The notes under the pieces were generated by a model, which saw nothing but the letters and a program-made list of their open reading frames with translations, did no database searches and was not told the DNA's origin. A stretch of DNA of 64,000 bases from Lingula anatina (taxonomy: Eukaryota > Animalia > Brachiopoda): assembly GCA_051362555.1 (NCBI GenBank), contig CM120645.1:18724001-18788000 (forward strand), read 5' to 3'. Positions 41,224 to 54,100 of the stretch are shown piece by piece (positions within the stretch are counted from its first letter, which is position 1; the number at the start of each line of letters is the position of its first letter). A program made the translations under genes and the position numbers.

Positions 41224-43758
41224 ACACACACACACAATTTATTTATTTATTTACTTTTATCTTGGGGGGAGGGTCACCCTGTAGGACCCAGTAGCATGCA
41301 AACTATAATAAATGCTGCATTGCAGTGTGTTTGGAGTACCAATCACTGATTTTGTCAAGTACTGCTTGAATAAGCTATATATGTACAAGGTTTCCAAATC
41401 ATACCATAGTTTATGACTCCACACATAATTGAACTGTTTGCATATTATCTGGGTTATCAGCAATTCAACATTCTGTTTGTACACCTAAAGACAACTAAAT
41501 TGAGTTTATGGGCCTGCAAAGAAATTGAACTGAGTTAATATTATAATTGAAATCTTGGCAGGGTATGCACTTTTTTAGTTAGAAGCACCAAAAGCATTAA
41601 AAAAAAAACATTTTCTTTTGTTTTAATATAGTACATTCAATTTATTTCAGTTTAATATTGCTGTCCCTAATTACTATATGTCTGTCATGCCAACAAGTTT
41701 TCTGATTATGTTTAGACGGCTTAATTATATTCCTGACATTCTGACACAGTGACTGCACTTTACAACTCTTGGAACAACTTTGTGCTCATTGTAATGAATA
41801 CAGCAATAACCCCTCTCCCCCCCCCCCCCCAAAAAAAAAAATAAATAAATAAAAATAAAAAAATCAATAAACCTTGGCTTACTTCCTGTTCTCTTTGCCT
41901 AGGGGAAAGTTTTGGGCATTAATCAGATATTTGCACAAAGCTGGTGAGTGCAATTAAATCACCACAGTGTAACACTGGACAATGTGATTATACCTTATCA
42001 GCCAGATACAAGTAAACAGGGACTACTTGGGACTATATGCTGCCCTTGGGAGAATGGGGGTCAACAGAACATACTTAGAAGGGAGTTCTGATATATATGT
42101 CATAGGCCAGATCCCAATCTAGTCCAGTTCCTAACTGGTCTAGGCCAGATCCCCATGGGGTCTTTGCATTGTTAACAACATGATGTGGCAAGAGTTAATT
42201 GCAGGTGAGCTGCCAGTTTGATCTATAACATCAGCAATTTAATTACACGTGCTGTGCAAACAAACGGAATGAATGTTTGATATATTATTATATACTGAAA
42301 TGGTTGTAGATTTTGGTAGTCAATTCTGCAGTTTTGTTTTTAAAAGTGCACAACCAGCAGAATGGGACCTGCAAATTAGATGCTAAATTACATTTTATGG
42401 TTGGGTATGAAAAACAACATATAAACTGATAATTCTGTGCAACATACTCACCAATGGAGATATGTTTTGAGGTTCCAAAGAAGAAATACATAAGCACGGG
42501 GAAAAAGGACACATACAGTCCCACTATTGGGGGCATCTTGGCCAGCAAGGCATAGGCCATACCTGGAAAGGAATAAAAGGCGAAAAATAAAATGACTTTA
42601 CATTAAGCAAAGACATATTTATAGACCTCAGTTATGATTTTTACACTTGTTTTTTATGTAATATGAGGTGCTATAGCACACATAAAGCCCCCCGCACACG
42701 GTGAGCAATTGGCGCACGCCACTTGTGCTGCACTGTTTTCTCACCATTTGCGGGGGTATTTTGGTGAGATTTTTGCCTCTCGCGATTGCTCAAGTCATGC
42801 CAACAATGCACATGTGCCGGTAGCCGGAAACAAAGAAAAATGGCAGCCCCTAGCGAAGTCAACAAAAATGTTCACAGTTATAGTTACTAGTAGTCTGATT
42901 GATTAACATGGTCACCATTTTCCATTACTTTCAGAAAAAAAATCAATATGTAATGTTTCCTTAATCACATGATCCCACAGTTTGCGGTGCATCCGATAGG
43001 GGCAGGCCTGGAGGCACCCCTGCTGAGCAAAGAGCGCAGCGTTTGCAGGGAGCTGAGGAGCGCGAGCATCTGGCGCAGCACAAGTGGCGCGCGCCAATTG
43101 CTCACCATGTGCAGGGTGCTTAATCATAATACTACAAGTACTATATTGTCAGTGACTCTGTAACAATTTGTTCAAAATGTAGTCAAGCATTTGCAAAAAG
43201 TATAATTTTTTTCTCTGTCCATTTATGTCTTGAACATATGATATATATATAAACCTAACAGAAAGATTTTTATGAGACATACAATTATATGAGATACATA
43301 AACTTAATAGAAATATAGAATTTTTTAATATGAAAAAAGATCTCACCTTGTGGTAAATGCATGATGCCAACAGTCAAACCAGCTACCATGTCCCCAATCA
43401 GCCATCCAGGGAACTGGTAATTACGCATGATATTAATGCAAGGAAATAAATGCAGAAAAAACTCTTTGGTTTTTTCTTTGGAACAGACGCAATTCTTGGA
43501 GAAAAATGTCCTGACATGTTCCTTCACTGGCTTCTTTGGTCTATTTGATGGCTCAAAACCAGAGTCAAAATCCACCTGGTTGTAGACAGGGCGTTCCACT
43601 TTGAGCGTCCCTGGAGTAGCGGTGTACATAAGAGAGGAGCAAGACTGGGCGTACTGCACTGGCGAGGCCACTGACGGCATGGACTGACTGCTGTCATTAC
43701 TCTGGACGGAAATACTTCGGCCTCGCCTTTCCGTCGCATACCCATCTTCCCCGGACAT
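31235..43758 (-). CDS. SLC26 family anion exchanger (prestin/pendrin-like, sulfate-transporter domain + STAS), ~787 aa with the proximal terminal exon
   Basis: Phase-consistent GT-AG exons: 43758-43347, 42562-42452, 39140-38929, 38756-38592, 38322-38167, 37433-37351, 37018-36871, 36245-36132, 35689-35612, 34723-34628, 34310-34204, 33627-33558, 33165-32959, 32520-32344, 32160-32106, 31573-31449, plus a putative last exon 31282-31235. Motifs: [68 protein letters not shown]. The orthologue within SLC26 cannot be assigned without a tree. Confidence 0.93.
35103..35287. mobile_element. Degenerate fold-back MITE in an SLC26 intron
   Basis: taacactacccgcagatcttttagcactaac pairs with gttagtgctaaaatatctgtgggtagtgtta. 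Confidence 0.65.
40635..40972. mobile_element. Kolobok-like MITE in an SLC26 intron
   Basis: TTAA|AGGGGTAATAACTCTTCGT ... ACGAAGAGTTATTATCCCT|TTAA. Confidence 0.82.
41172..41236. repeat. poly-C followed by (CA)n
   Basis: Directly visible. Confidence 0.9.
42686..43120. mobile_element. PIF/Harbinger-like MITE in the first coding intron of SLC26
   Basis: ~46-bp TIRs AGCCCCCCGCACACGGTGAGCAATTGGCGCACGCCACTTGTGCTGC / GCAGCACAAGTGGCGCGCGCCAATTGCTCACCATGTGCAGGGTGCT, with TAA TSD. Confidence 0.85.
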
Positions 43759-44449
43759 GCTGAATGATATATGTGGTAACCAAAGACTGTCTCAATCACT
43801 AGGTCTTTTCCGAGTCCCTCAGATTCACAGTTCGCTTTTCAAATTTTTTAGTTGTTCCTCTGTCAAGAACACGTTCCCTTAAGGCAAGACTCCCGTTTGC
43901 TAATCTAATGTAGCTAATGAAATAAACTTAAAACTTATCATTTAAACCCAGTTGTTGCTTTGATGTACACTGGCAAACAAATAACTAGTACGTTTTTCTG
44001 CTCTGACAGCAATCGACTTAATCACTGTTTTACTGCAGTGATATTAGTATGTTCCGACTTTGTACTCCCCAAGAGTAGAGGTTCAGGAGGCAAAGGTAAG
44101 AGGACCATGCATTTCTTTGTGCCCCACATGCAGTAACAGCAACTGTGACCCAAAGGAGTCGATAACGCAGTCAAACAAGGAGGGAGTTTGGAAATCTTGT
44201 GTCATATATAACCTTGACGGATCTTTCCTGTTGGCAGTGACCTCTGAAACGGGAGAGATAAAGTGTTACGCTATCTATTAATACTTGATCTTTAAGGTCA
44301 ACACTTTGGCATACATTTACCTAAACCAAAGCCCATACTGATTGCTTCAAAAAACTGCAACATATACAATTTAAAGTTCATGAAATGGTAAAACTGCATT
44401 CAGATTCCTTGATGCAATTATCATCAGACTTGTATATATATATATATCA

Positions 44450-44690
44450 ACTTGAAAAGCACTCCAAGAGCGCAGACCTCCGCCAAGGCAGCAATTTATT
44501 ATTATTATTGATAATTGATTGATTATTGATCCGGATCACCACCAAAAACTAATCATCTCTTCCTTGGCCCACCTCTGACAGTTCCTGAAAATTTCATCAA
44601 AATCGGTCCATACCTTTTGAGTTATGTTGATGACAAACAGACAAACAATTAAACAGGGGTGAAAACATAGCCTCCTTGGCAGAGGTAATA
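44450..44690 (+). mobile_element. Short Helentron/DINE-1-like non-autonomous element
   Basis: Subterminal IR CCTCCGCCAAGG / CCTTGGCAGAGG, internal gatccggatc, aaatttcatcaaaatcggtcc, acaaacagacaaac, and 3' end gaaaacatagcctccttggcagaggtaat. Confidence 0.7.
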
Positions 44691-47600
44691 AAATAAATAT
44701 CAACATTTATACTTAAAATTACTTAAATTAACAATGAGATAGTAGTTCCAGCAAAATCTTTGACTTATTACATTATTCCAAGAAAAAATTATTAAGGATT
44801 ATAGAAATACTTTAATTCATATAAAAGTTTTTCTGGTGTTTTTGAATGAGAATGACCACCTTTTACATATTTGTACGTAGCTATTTCTTGGTCTGTCTAC
44901 AAATGTTTAAAAACTAAGAATCTAATAATTTACCACACCACTTTTCTTTTATTTAACAAAAATTGCAAATATTACCAATTAGCACAAAAGATAAAAAATA
45001 AACAACATGCATCAACACATGATTGAAGTTCGGGGATGAGAGCTAACTGGACAAACCTGAGTGACACAAAGTGCAAAAAGTACTGACGTACTTGTACTTA
45101 AAAATTTAATCTTTGCTTGCTGGTTAAAAATGCTCTACATTATGTAACTATTATCTTATCAGGGCTGATCACCCTATGCTGATAAAAAAGTACAGAGAAA
45201 ACATACCAACTATCAGACATAAAGAGCCTTTTGAGAAGAATCCTGTTGATCTTCCCGAGGGTCCAGTCCAGGTGTCCCCTTCAATTCCCCTCCTGGGAGT
45301 TAGGTGGACATATATATCAGCCCACACCTGACCCCCCACAAGGCCACAGTACTGATCTAACGTTATTACAACCTGGAGATAAGACGCTACAGGAGGCTTC
45401 GGTATCTTCTCAAAGTATCGAAGATAACTGATAAAATTTCTGTTTACCGATGCTGGTATTTCTAGTATGCCTTAAACTATTACCGCTTGCTGATAGGAGT
45501 AGATAGGCTGCCATATGAAAATAAGGCGACTTTGTAGTTGTTGTTGTTGTTCCGTCGGTACTTCGTCAGCACTCCTTGTGGGAGTCACCTTTGCTGGGAC
45601 AGAGAAAATTTCTGTGGAATTTATAAGGAAAGATACGGGTGTGGAAAATATCCCACTCTTTTCCAGTTTTAAGCAGTCATTCCTTACATAAATGATTCAC
45701 TTCTTCTTGACTACTTATTAAAAATTTAGATGACACAAATTTTTTTGACTAAGAAGACAGCTTTTAATACTATGAAAAAGAGGCCTAATGAATATTGAAG
45801 TATCATTAATTGCCTGCATTTAAAATCTAAATTCAAGTAAAAAGCTCTAAACATTAGTCACTTAGAATAATTTACTAATTGAAGAATAAAATCCACATCC
45901 ATTTTTATATGTAACAAGGCAATTTGAACCACATCATGAATAATGCAAATTGTGCAATTGAGTCTGTCCCCAACCCCCCCCCCCTTGACTCTATTTCATC
46001 ATGGACCCCTGTTTTAGTCTCCAAATTTAATTGAATTCTTGACTAACAATATCATGTGGTTATAAAGATCAGTATCTAATAGTTTCAACTATCTATATAG
46101 CACTAAATATGACATATAATGCAAATCAAACCAACTGAATGGATAAAAAAAGGTGAAGCAGAAGAAGAAATATCAGTCAATTCCAATTTGTTTCAATGGA
46201 AAATTTTCAGCTGCACCTCTAAAACTGACCCAAACATTTAACAAGATGTTAGTCACATATCTTTTCTATGAAATGACTCTTTTCCTTATATATTTGCATC
46301 GATTATTTCTGACGTTACTGTCTACTTGCATGTAGACCCTGGTAACTACATGACTAATGTCACGCTTATATAAATCAAACCATTTCTAAAATATGAAAAC
46401 TTCATGGAACTTAACACAATTTTTCAAATAATATTTTGCATATATATTCTAATAAATTTCATAGTGATTTTCAAAGAATGCCTGTCCTTATAAAAATGAT
46501 TATGAAGTACTGTTTATATCATAAGACTGCCATTTCTACAATGTAAATCTGATAAAGTTCCTTCCGTGGATTATAGTATTAAATATTTTTACTTAGGAAC
46601 TAACCAGGAAAGGGAGGGGGGGGGGGGTTAGGGATAAGGAACACCCATGGTTGAAGAGAAATGTTTCAACAGTCACAAAATAATATTTCCAGAAGTGCAG
46701 AACTTCACAAAAACGTAGATACTGGTATTTTCATTTCTTGAAATATCCATACTAGTATGATTTTCAATATATATATATTTTTTTTATTTATGTTTTAAAA
46801 CATATTAAAAAATAAACATAAGCTCAGTTCTACACTACACTCTTCATTTAGCTCAAGAGAAAGGTAAATGAACATGTACTGATCTAAGTAACCAGCCTCT
46901 TAGTCTAGAATTCCACTTCACACTCAATATATTCAAACAGCCTACCTGTAGCTATGCTGTACATCATGTAACTGCATGTACTGAACTCAGAGACATATGG
47001 TATAATGAAGGTGGGCAATACTGTCTACATGTACACTACAAAGTGGACTAATACGTAACTTCTACTTTTATAAAATTCCTTACCTTGACACTATTCTGTG
47101 GAACACAGACACTTCAACATGCTTTATGATTTCTTTCTGCTAATCATTGCAACAGGGAAAACATGTCAGATACTGTTTCTTCAATTACAGTGTTACATGC
47201 ATGGTAAACAGTAATATATAACGGGTAGTTTTTCTAACACAAGCAGCAAAAAACATACATTAATGAAATATTAGCTGCCATTGCATAAGATTTTCCCAAC
47301 ATGCATTTTCAAAATTCTCAATTGTAGAACACACATACAAAACTGATTAACCTCTTTGTTTTAAGTTGTACAGTAGTCTGGACTCGTGTCTTGGTTTTTA
47401 TACTTGACTCTGACTCAAATATATGTGTAGCAAACATGATAAAAGGACATTAACCATTCATGCATGACTGTATTTGACTCCGAATTAAATGAGTCAGAAA
47501 ATTCAAACTACAAATAAGGTTATAATCATAAATAAACTTAACTATATAAGGCAAGCTGTTTCTCTACAAAACAAGCACATCATAAAATTACATAAACAAA

Positions 47601-47993
47601 TTCTGTGCAATAAGATTTATGGGCAATCCTTAAATGAATGATCTAGCACTCGCTAGCATTAGAATGAACCTCATCATCTACTTAACAAAGTTAATTTAAA
47701 AAAAATCTTTATGGAATTCTCAGAAAACATACTAGGGTACTGGTATACCAAAAATGAAATTAATCTATGTGTTTGCTTAATATTTATTAGGTTGCAAAAC
47801 AGCCAGTCATTTTAAAACTAGCTATTACTTTCAACTTTCATTCTTGCCACTGACACTGTGCCAAATGCAATCACGTCTTTTGTTGACACTGCCGTAAAAA
47901 AAGCATTACTAATAAATAATGTAGTAATGCCCATTACAGTCAGTCTCTCTGTCCAATAAAGAAATAATATTATCTTAAAACAAAACTACTTAC

Positions 47994-48733
47994 AGAACGT
48001 CACTATTACCTCTTGAAAACAACATCATTACTTCACTCTGATATTTTTAACGCGCTAATTTATACTTCTCAAGATAAGAAATCCGAGTTTTCATACGTGA
48101 TGGCTAAGTTCACATTGATAACGACCTTTATCAGGAGGCATCTAGTAAAGTAGAGAATAATACATGTGCTCACGTTTGACTTAAAGCTGCAATATCTGGT
48201 ATCATATTAAGTATTTAATCTTTGACACAAAACTGAATAATGACAAAACATTGACATTTATTTTTATCTTCTTCTATTATGTCAAAAAGTAAAACATTCC
48301 AAATCTACATTGAAATGTTGACGGAATTCTGTTCTTTATTATTTTGCTTCAAAGGTCAAGGTCATTAAAACCAGCTGGAGGTGAGGGAATGTATTTTTCG
48401 TTCTTTCTTTTCGTCTACCTGGCATTAATATGTTAAATAGACGCTTTCGTTTTTCTTTTTTGCTCTATTTTACAATGGATATGCATCAGCGTCCCATTTA
48501 ATGAAGTTTCTTTTTAGATTTATGAAAAAATGCGAACAATTTCGCTTGTCGACTGCTAGAAATGTCTGTCCAATCGCAGCCGCCGACCTGGGGTCACATG
48601 GCTTATCACATTCCATTCATTCTTCTGTGATTTTCACAAAAGCTGCCAGTATTGAAAACCAGCCACCAGGATCAACAAACTATTTCCACTGTCGGTGACA
48701 AGAGACAATTTAGGAATCAAAATTAAAACTTAA
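47994..48733. promoter_or_regulatory. Putative divergent (bidirectional) promoter region between SLC26 and VGLL4, with non-coding first exons
   Basis: Strong donor GTAAGT on minus at 47993 and on plus at 48734, CCAAT at ~48570, local CpG enrichment, and CATTCC/GGAATG motifs at 48295, 48386 and 48609. The TSS positions are inferred. Confidence 0.5.
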
Positions 48734-48935
48734 GTAAGTGAAAATATACATTTTTAAGTGAAACCCTCAGCGTCATTCGGGGGGCGGCATGTCAAGCAAT
48801 GTTTTGATTCACCTGGCGGCTTAAGGTCGATTCCGATTGATGTTAAAATGCTGTGAACTTAACACTGCTTCTTGTTTATTTTTCACCAGTGTGACGGGGT
48901 TCGATCATTGGACACTGTGTATGTTGGGAGCTGCG

Positions 48936-49714
48936 ATGGAAACTCCCCTAGATGTTCTGTCGCGAGCAGCCTCGATGGTTCAAGATACTAGCAGAAGCAG
49001 TCAAGGTATGTTGTGACACTGCGTACTTGAAGGGTGTGCGTCCCTCTCAAACACAATGTCGACTCCTTTGTTTAGACTTGGACACATGCCCAGAATGTAA
49101 TTGTGTTGACAGGCATATACATTAAACTATGCTCTAGCTTGTTCAAATTCAATATATTAGTTTTTACATCCTATTTTTCTTTTTTTTTCCCGACATCCAA
49201 TCAGTATTTTCATCCATGTAGATGTCTAAATAAAAGACAAATATGATGAATAGAAATTGAAAAAATATTGAAAATTGATTCAGTGAGTTCAGGGTGTCAG
49301 AGAACTTACATGTGTTGTACCCAATAATTAGTTGTGAAATTTCTAATTTTCCACCAACATCTCTTAATTGCCCCCTCCCCCCCCCTTTTTTTTATAAAGA
49401 TAAATAATTTGATGGTGCAAAATTCAGAAAGCTTGAGGAGTAATGGTTAGAGAAAAATGTATAGTAATTGAAAAAGGAAACAAAGGTTTTGGAGAAGATA
49501 AAGCATCTAATTATTTACCCCACTTTCAATAATTGCTAACCTCGCTCAACTACAGTATCTATATCAGTATTTTCTGATTTTATTCTGTTGCTCAATTGTC
49601 AAGGTGTTACTGCTCAAGCATCTCAGGGTGATTCCCGCTCTTGCTACCAGCACCAACCAATTATTGAACCGAGCAGATAATTTATTCCTCTCCTTCCATA
49701 TTAGCAACTATAAA

Positions 49715-49756
<42 letters not shown>

Positions 49757-51099
49757 CACCTGGATATTTTTCCCCTTGTTTGGTCATACTGTACATATAG
49801 CATGACAAAAAGTGAAATACATAGACCTGTTTAACAAAAAAATTGTGGATCATTGATAATGTCTAATGAACCTGAAAAAAGAGACAAGTAAACAAATTCA
49901 CATTCGTATGCAAATATGGCCCCTCCCAATCTCCAAACATTATCTTTCTGTTTTAACAAGTAGTGGACAGACATCTCCTTACTAAACATTTTCAATTCTA
50001 ACTTTACCAGTGGATGTAACAAAAGTAGAAAAGCTTATGATCACACTGTGATTGTCATTGAGAACAATTTAGATAATACAAATGTTTAGATATTGTATTG
50101 TCATATATATACTATTATGTAATTCAAATTATAACATTCCTGTCGTACCAGCTGCTGTTTTTAATTTTGAGGTTTGGTTGGCGCATAACTTGAATACACA
50201 TGCAAAAAAAAGAGAAAAAATGTTCTAGTTATTTACCCCTTCTCTGTGCATTTCAAACATTCAAACTATTTAGGGCAGATCATTAAAAAAGAAAACACTG
50301 TGTTTTCCATTCTTGATTTTGCGCCAGGTTTTCAATGTTGCTGTTGCCTCTGGGTGTAAAACATGCAGACAAAGAAAAGGCATGCAATCAATTTATTGGT
50401 ATGCGTTGGGCTTTTATATTGAATTTGAATTGGGACTATATGTGATGAAAATTGAGATGAAAGTAGGGGAAAGTTTGTCAGAATTTCAGGCAATGTGATT
50501 GAGTAGATTAAGTGTTTGATTGGTTTATCTGAATAAAATGATTACTTGGATTTTCATATTCTGAAAAGTTTGATCACATTTTTTTTTGATGAATTTGGTT
50601 GTCATGAAGTATTTTGAATGAATTAGGCATTTGAAATTGCAGGGCATTTCATTCATGATTGGAGGAACATAAGTTTTTTTCTGTGAAATTATTATCTTGT
50701 TTGGTCTACATGCCAATTTTCATAAATACACATATTTTACAGACTTTGCTGCAGTTGATGAAAATTAGTTTATCCAAAATTGTTTAACAAATCATGTTCA
50801 AGAGACTGTGTGTTGTCACTGCGTGGTGTTTATCGTGATGAAAAAAAGAAATATGTGTAAGCCTTTTTTGTGACTTATAGAATAGATTGGTGTGGCTACC
50901 TGATCTGGGTGTAATATGATCCTAGCAGTCACTGAGTAGACTGGTAAAATGTGGTTGGAAATTACTTTTGCAGCAGTGAAAACATTACAATAGTATGCAG
51001 CAGGAAAATTTGAAAACCTCAAATTATGGCCTTTTCATCATATTAGAAATTGTTCGCATTCAAAGGGAGAAAGATAAACCTGATCCTTATCTTTGAGAA

Positions 51100-51135
<36 letters not shown>

Positions 51136-54100
51136 TACGGTTTACAGACTGCAATTAAGTTCATGAACACACACCAGCAGCTCAATTACCAAGAAAAAGA
51201 TAATTTTTAAATCAAGCTTAAATTGACCAAATATATTTGCATAGATGATTTCATTACTAGTACATTATTCAGAACTATTTAGTGGTTATTTTTTTCAAGC
51301 AATGTTTTCTCTTGTATCATCGTTTATTAGTGATAAATAAAGATGGTTAAACAGAAGACTGAAGTCTTCTTTTTAGCATCACTGGCAGCCTGTTTCATTC
51401 AACAGAGGCCAGTGTGACAATTTTTGTTTGCTATTACACCCTTTAAGAAAAAAATTAGGAGACCTGGAGTCATTTGAATTGTTTACTTTTTTCCCCCAAA
51501 CATTGCGAAGCAAATTTTGAGTTATCTTGTCCACAAATAAATAGGCAAAAGGCTGTTGGAAACATAACCTCTTACTCTGGCGGAAGTGCAAGCCCATGTA
51601 CTGAGCACAGATCAGAACATGAACAAAATTCCATAGCTGAAAGCCTTTGTTCTCCCAGGTATATTAATGAAATTTTGTGGCATGTTATTGTTATGGTTTT
51701 GATTTTTATGTGTTTTTGATACAAAAAGAATGTTTGCCATGTGATGTTTATTACCACCAGGAATGTTTATGAATGATAAAAAAAGATTTGCATCGTGTGT
51801 GTTTCCAGTGAAAATTTATCCTTCATCAGAAGTTGCAATTGACATTGTTTGCATATGTGTGTGGTGGTAAAATTTCAAGAAATGTATCTGAATTAGTTTG
51901 GAAACTGAAAGGAAAAATATTACCTAAGCGTTTGACTTATCAATTTCTGTTTTGCATTTGTGCAAAAGCAAAATCAAAGTAGTTTCTGCTATATTTGTGA
52001 GGATATTCTGTGAATATTTATTTGCAGAACCTGAGCCAATGAAATGTGATTTCATTCAACTTGAGGCGGTGTTGAGTATGTGTATGCTAAATTTGTGTCA
52101 GTTTAGGAAGACTCTGATTTGAAAGTGTTGAAAAAGGAAGTAACCCAAGAAAAGATTAAGGAAACCACTGATTAAATTTCCTTTGTGTGTGTGTGTCTGT
52201 GTTTGTGTTACAAACAACTTTTTTTTACTCAGAACTGTTAGGGCCCAGCATCATATTTTCTTGAAAATCATACCAGTTTTATTCAGAATATTCAGATAGC
52301 TTTCATATCAAAGCAGTATTGTGTTATAATTAACCTGAAAATGTTTTATTGAATATTAAAATATGCCCGAGAAAGCAGAGTTGTGGGGAAAGCTTTCATT
52401 TGTATTCTTTAGTTTAGGCATTGTGAAGAACATAATGTAGATTTATTAAGTGTTATTTTTTCTGTTGATGGAACAATAATTCCATTGTAGCAAATTTGTA
52501 AGGAAGGTGAGATTTTTAAATTCATTGAAAGAATAATAATGGGAACAAATTAAACCATTTTCATTTTCTCAGTCACCAAACAATTTGAAAAAATGAGAAT
52601 GTTAGTTCTAGGGATTTATTCTCTTTTGATTAATTGGAATGCATTTATATACTCATAATATTAGTCAGATATGTCATTACTTTTGTATGGCATTGCCATA
52701 ATGATGAGGGTGGCCATGAAGCAGAATAGTGACCAATGTCAGCTGTGGCATGTATGCAGGCACAGATATGTATACTAATAGCAGTGATAAAGGCAGCGGG
52801 CAACTTAGGGTAATTTTGTTATAAATATGGGTAATACAGGGAACTGATGCCAGTGTTTTGTGGTAGCCACCTTCAACCTGATGGCACTCTAGTCTAGACA
52901 TGCATTCATACCACACATTTTTTTCTTAAATTATGGTTTTTGTACCTGTTTAAATCAGTTTACTCGTTCTCTCAATAGATGGCAGCAGGCTATTGCCCTT
53001 TGCCACCAGATGGCAGCAGGACAGTGTAGTAGTCCTGCCTACAAAAATGTGTGTGAATGAGAGTGTTTATAACTTGAATGGAATAAATTGTTGTATAATT
53101 TGAAGATCACAACTTTAGTATGCTGTTTTTTAACTATAAAAGTACATTTGTAACAATTGTTTTCTTGTGTTCTATGTTAAATTAGGAAAAGTTACCCTTA
53201 CCCTTGCATGTTTATTCACTCCGCCCTTGTTTGAATGAGGTACACCCTACCTAAATGTGGCAAACAAATTGCTTTCTCAGTCATTGTTTGTCCTTTTTCT
53301 GACGTGTTAGATGAAGTTTTATATGACACACTATTCTGCCTCATCTGCTTTCTGAAAAGGAAGGAGGTGTTGGTGAATCATGATTACATGTAGTTTATTT
53401 ATTTGAATTTTTTGCTGGACACTGTGTCTAGAGATTAAATGCCAGTTACATGTATTCTTTCTCAGGACAGAAAATAAAAGATAGAAATGAAATGATGTTT
53501 TAATGATAGGAGCACAGCTGAAATGAAATTGATAATCATGAAGATATTTGCATGTTAAAAACGAAAAAAAAAAAAATGTAAATTAAAACATGAAAATGAT
53601 GAAAATGAAAAAGGGAACCAAAATCTGTCCGATCATTACAAAAGTGGGAGATTATCCTTGTGTGAACATTCTCAAGAGCAAGCCTTAAAACTGGCAATAG
53701 CAGAGGAAAGATATCTGTATGAGAGAAACCGTAACTGTCTTGCTCTGTGTAATTGGAGCGTCAAGTTTTAATACAGCACTTTGAAGAGAATGCAAATTGC
53801 CATATAGTCTACCAATCAATAAGTCAGTTTGTGATGAGCAGTTAAGAAAAACTTACGTATTAAATGGTTAAATCTATGTTACTTTGATTGAATTCATTAA
53901 CATAGTTTATATCTGTTAGCATTTATCTACATCTTTTAATTTAATGTTCTTTCTTTTTTTTTTTTTTTTTTTTAAATGTGAAAAACAAAACAAGATTTTT
54001 ATGTTGACTGTTACAAAAGTAATTGTAATGAAATACAGGGAAGTGTGTGTATATAAATATATATATATAGTGCAAAGAAAGAAGTGAAAAGAAGGAAGTT

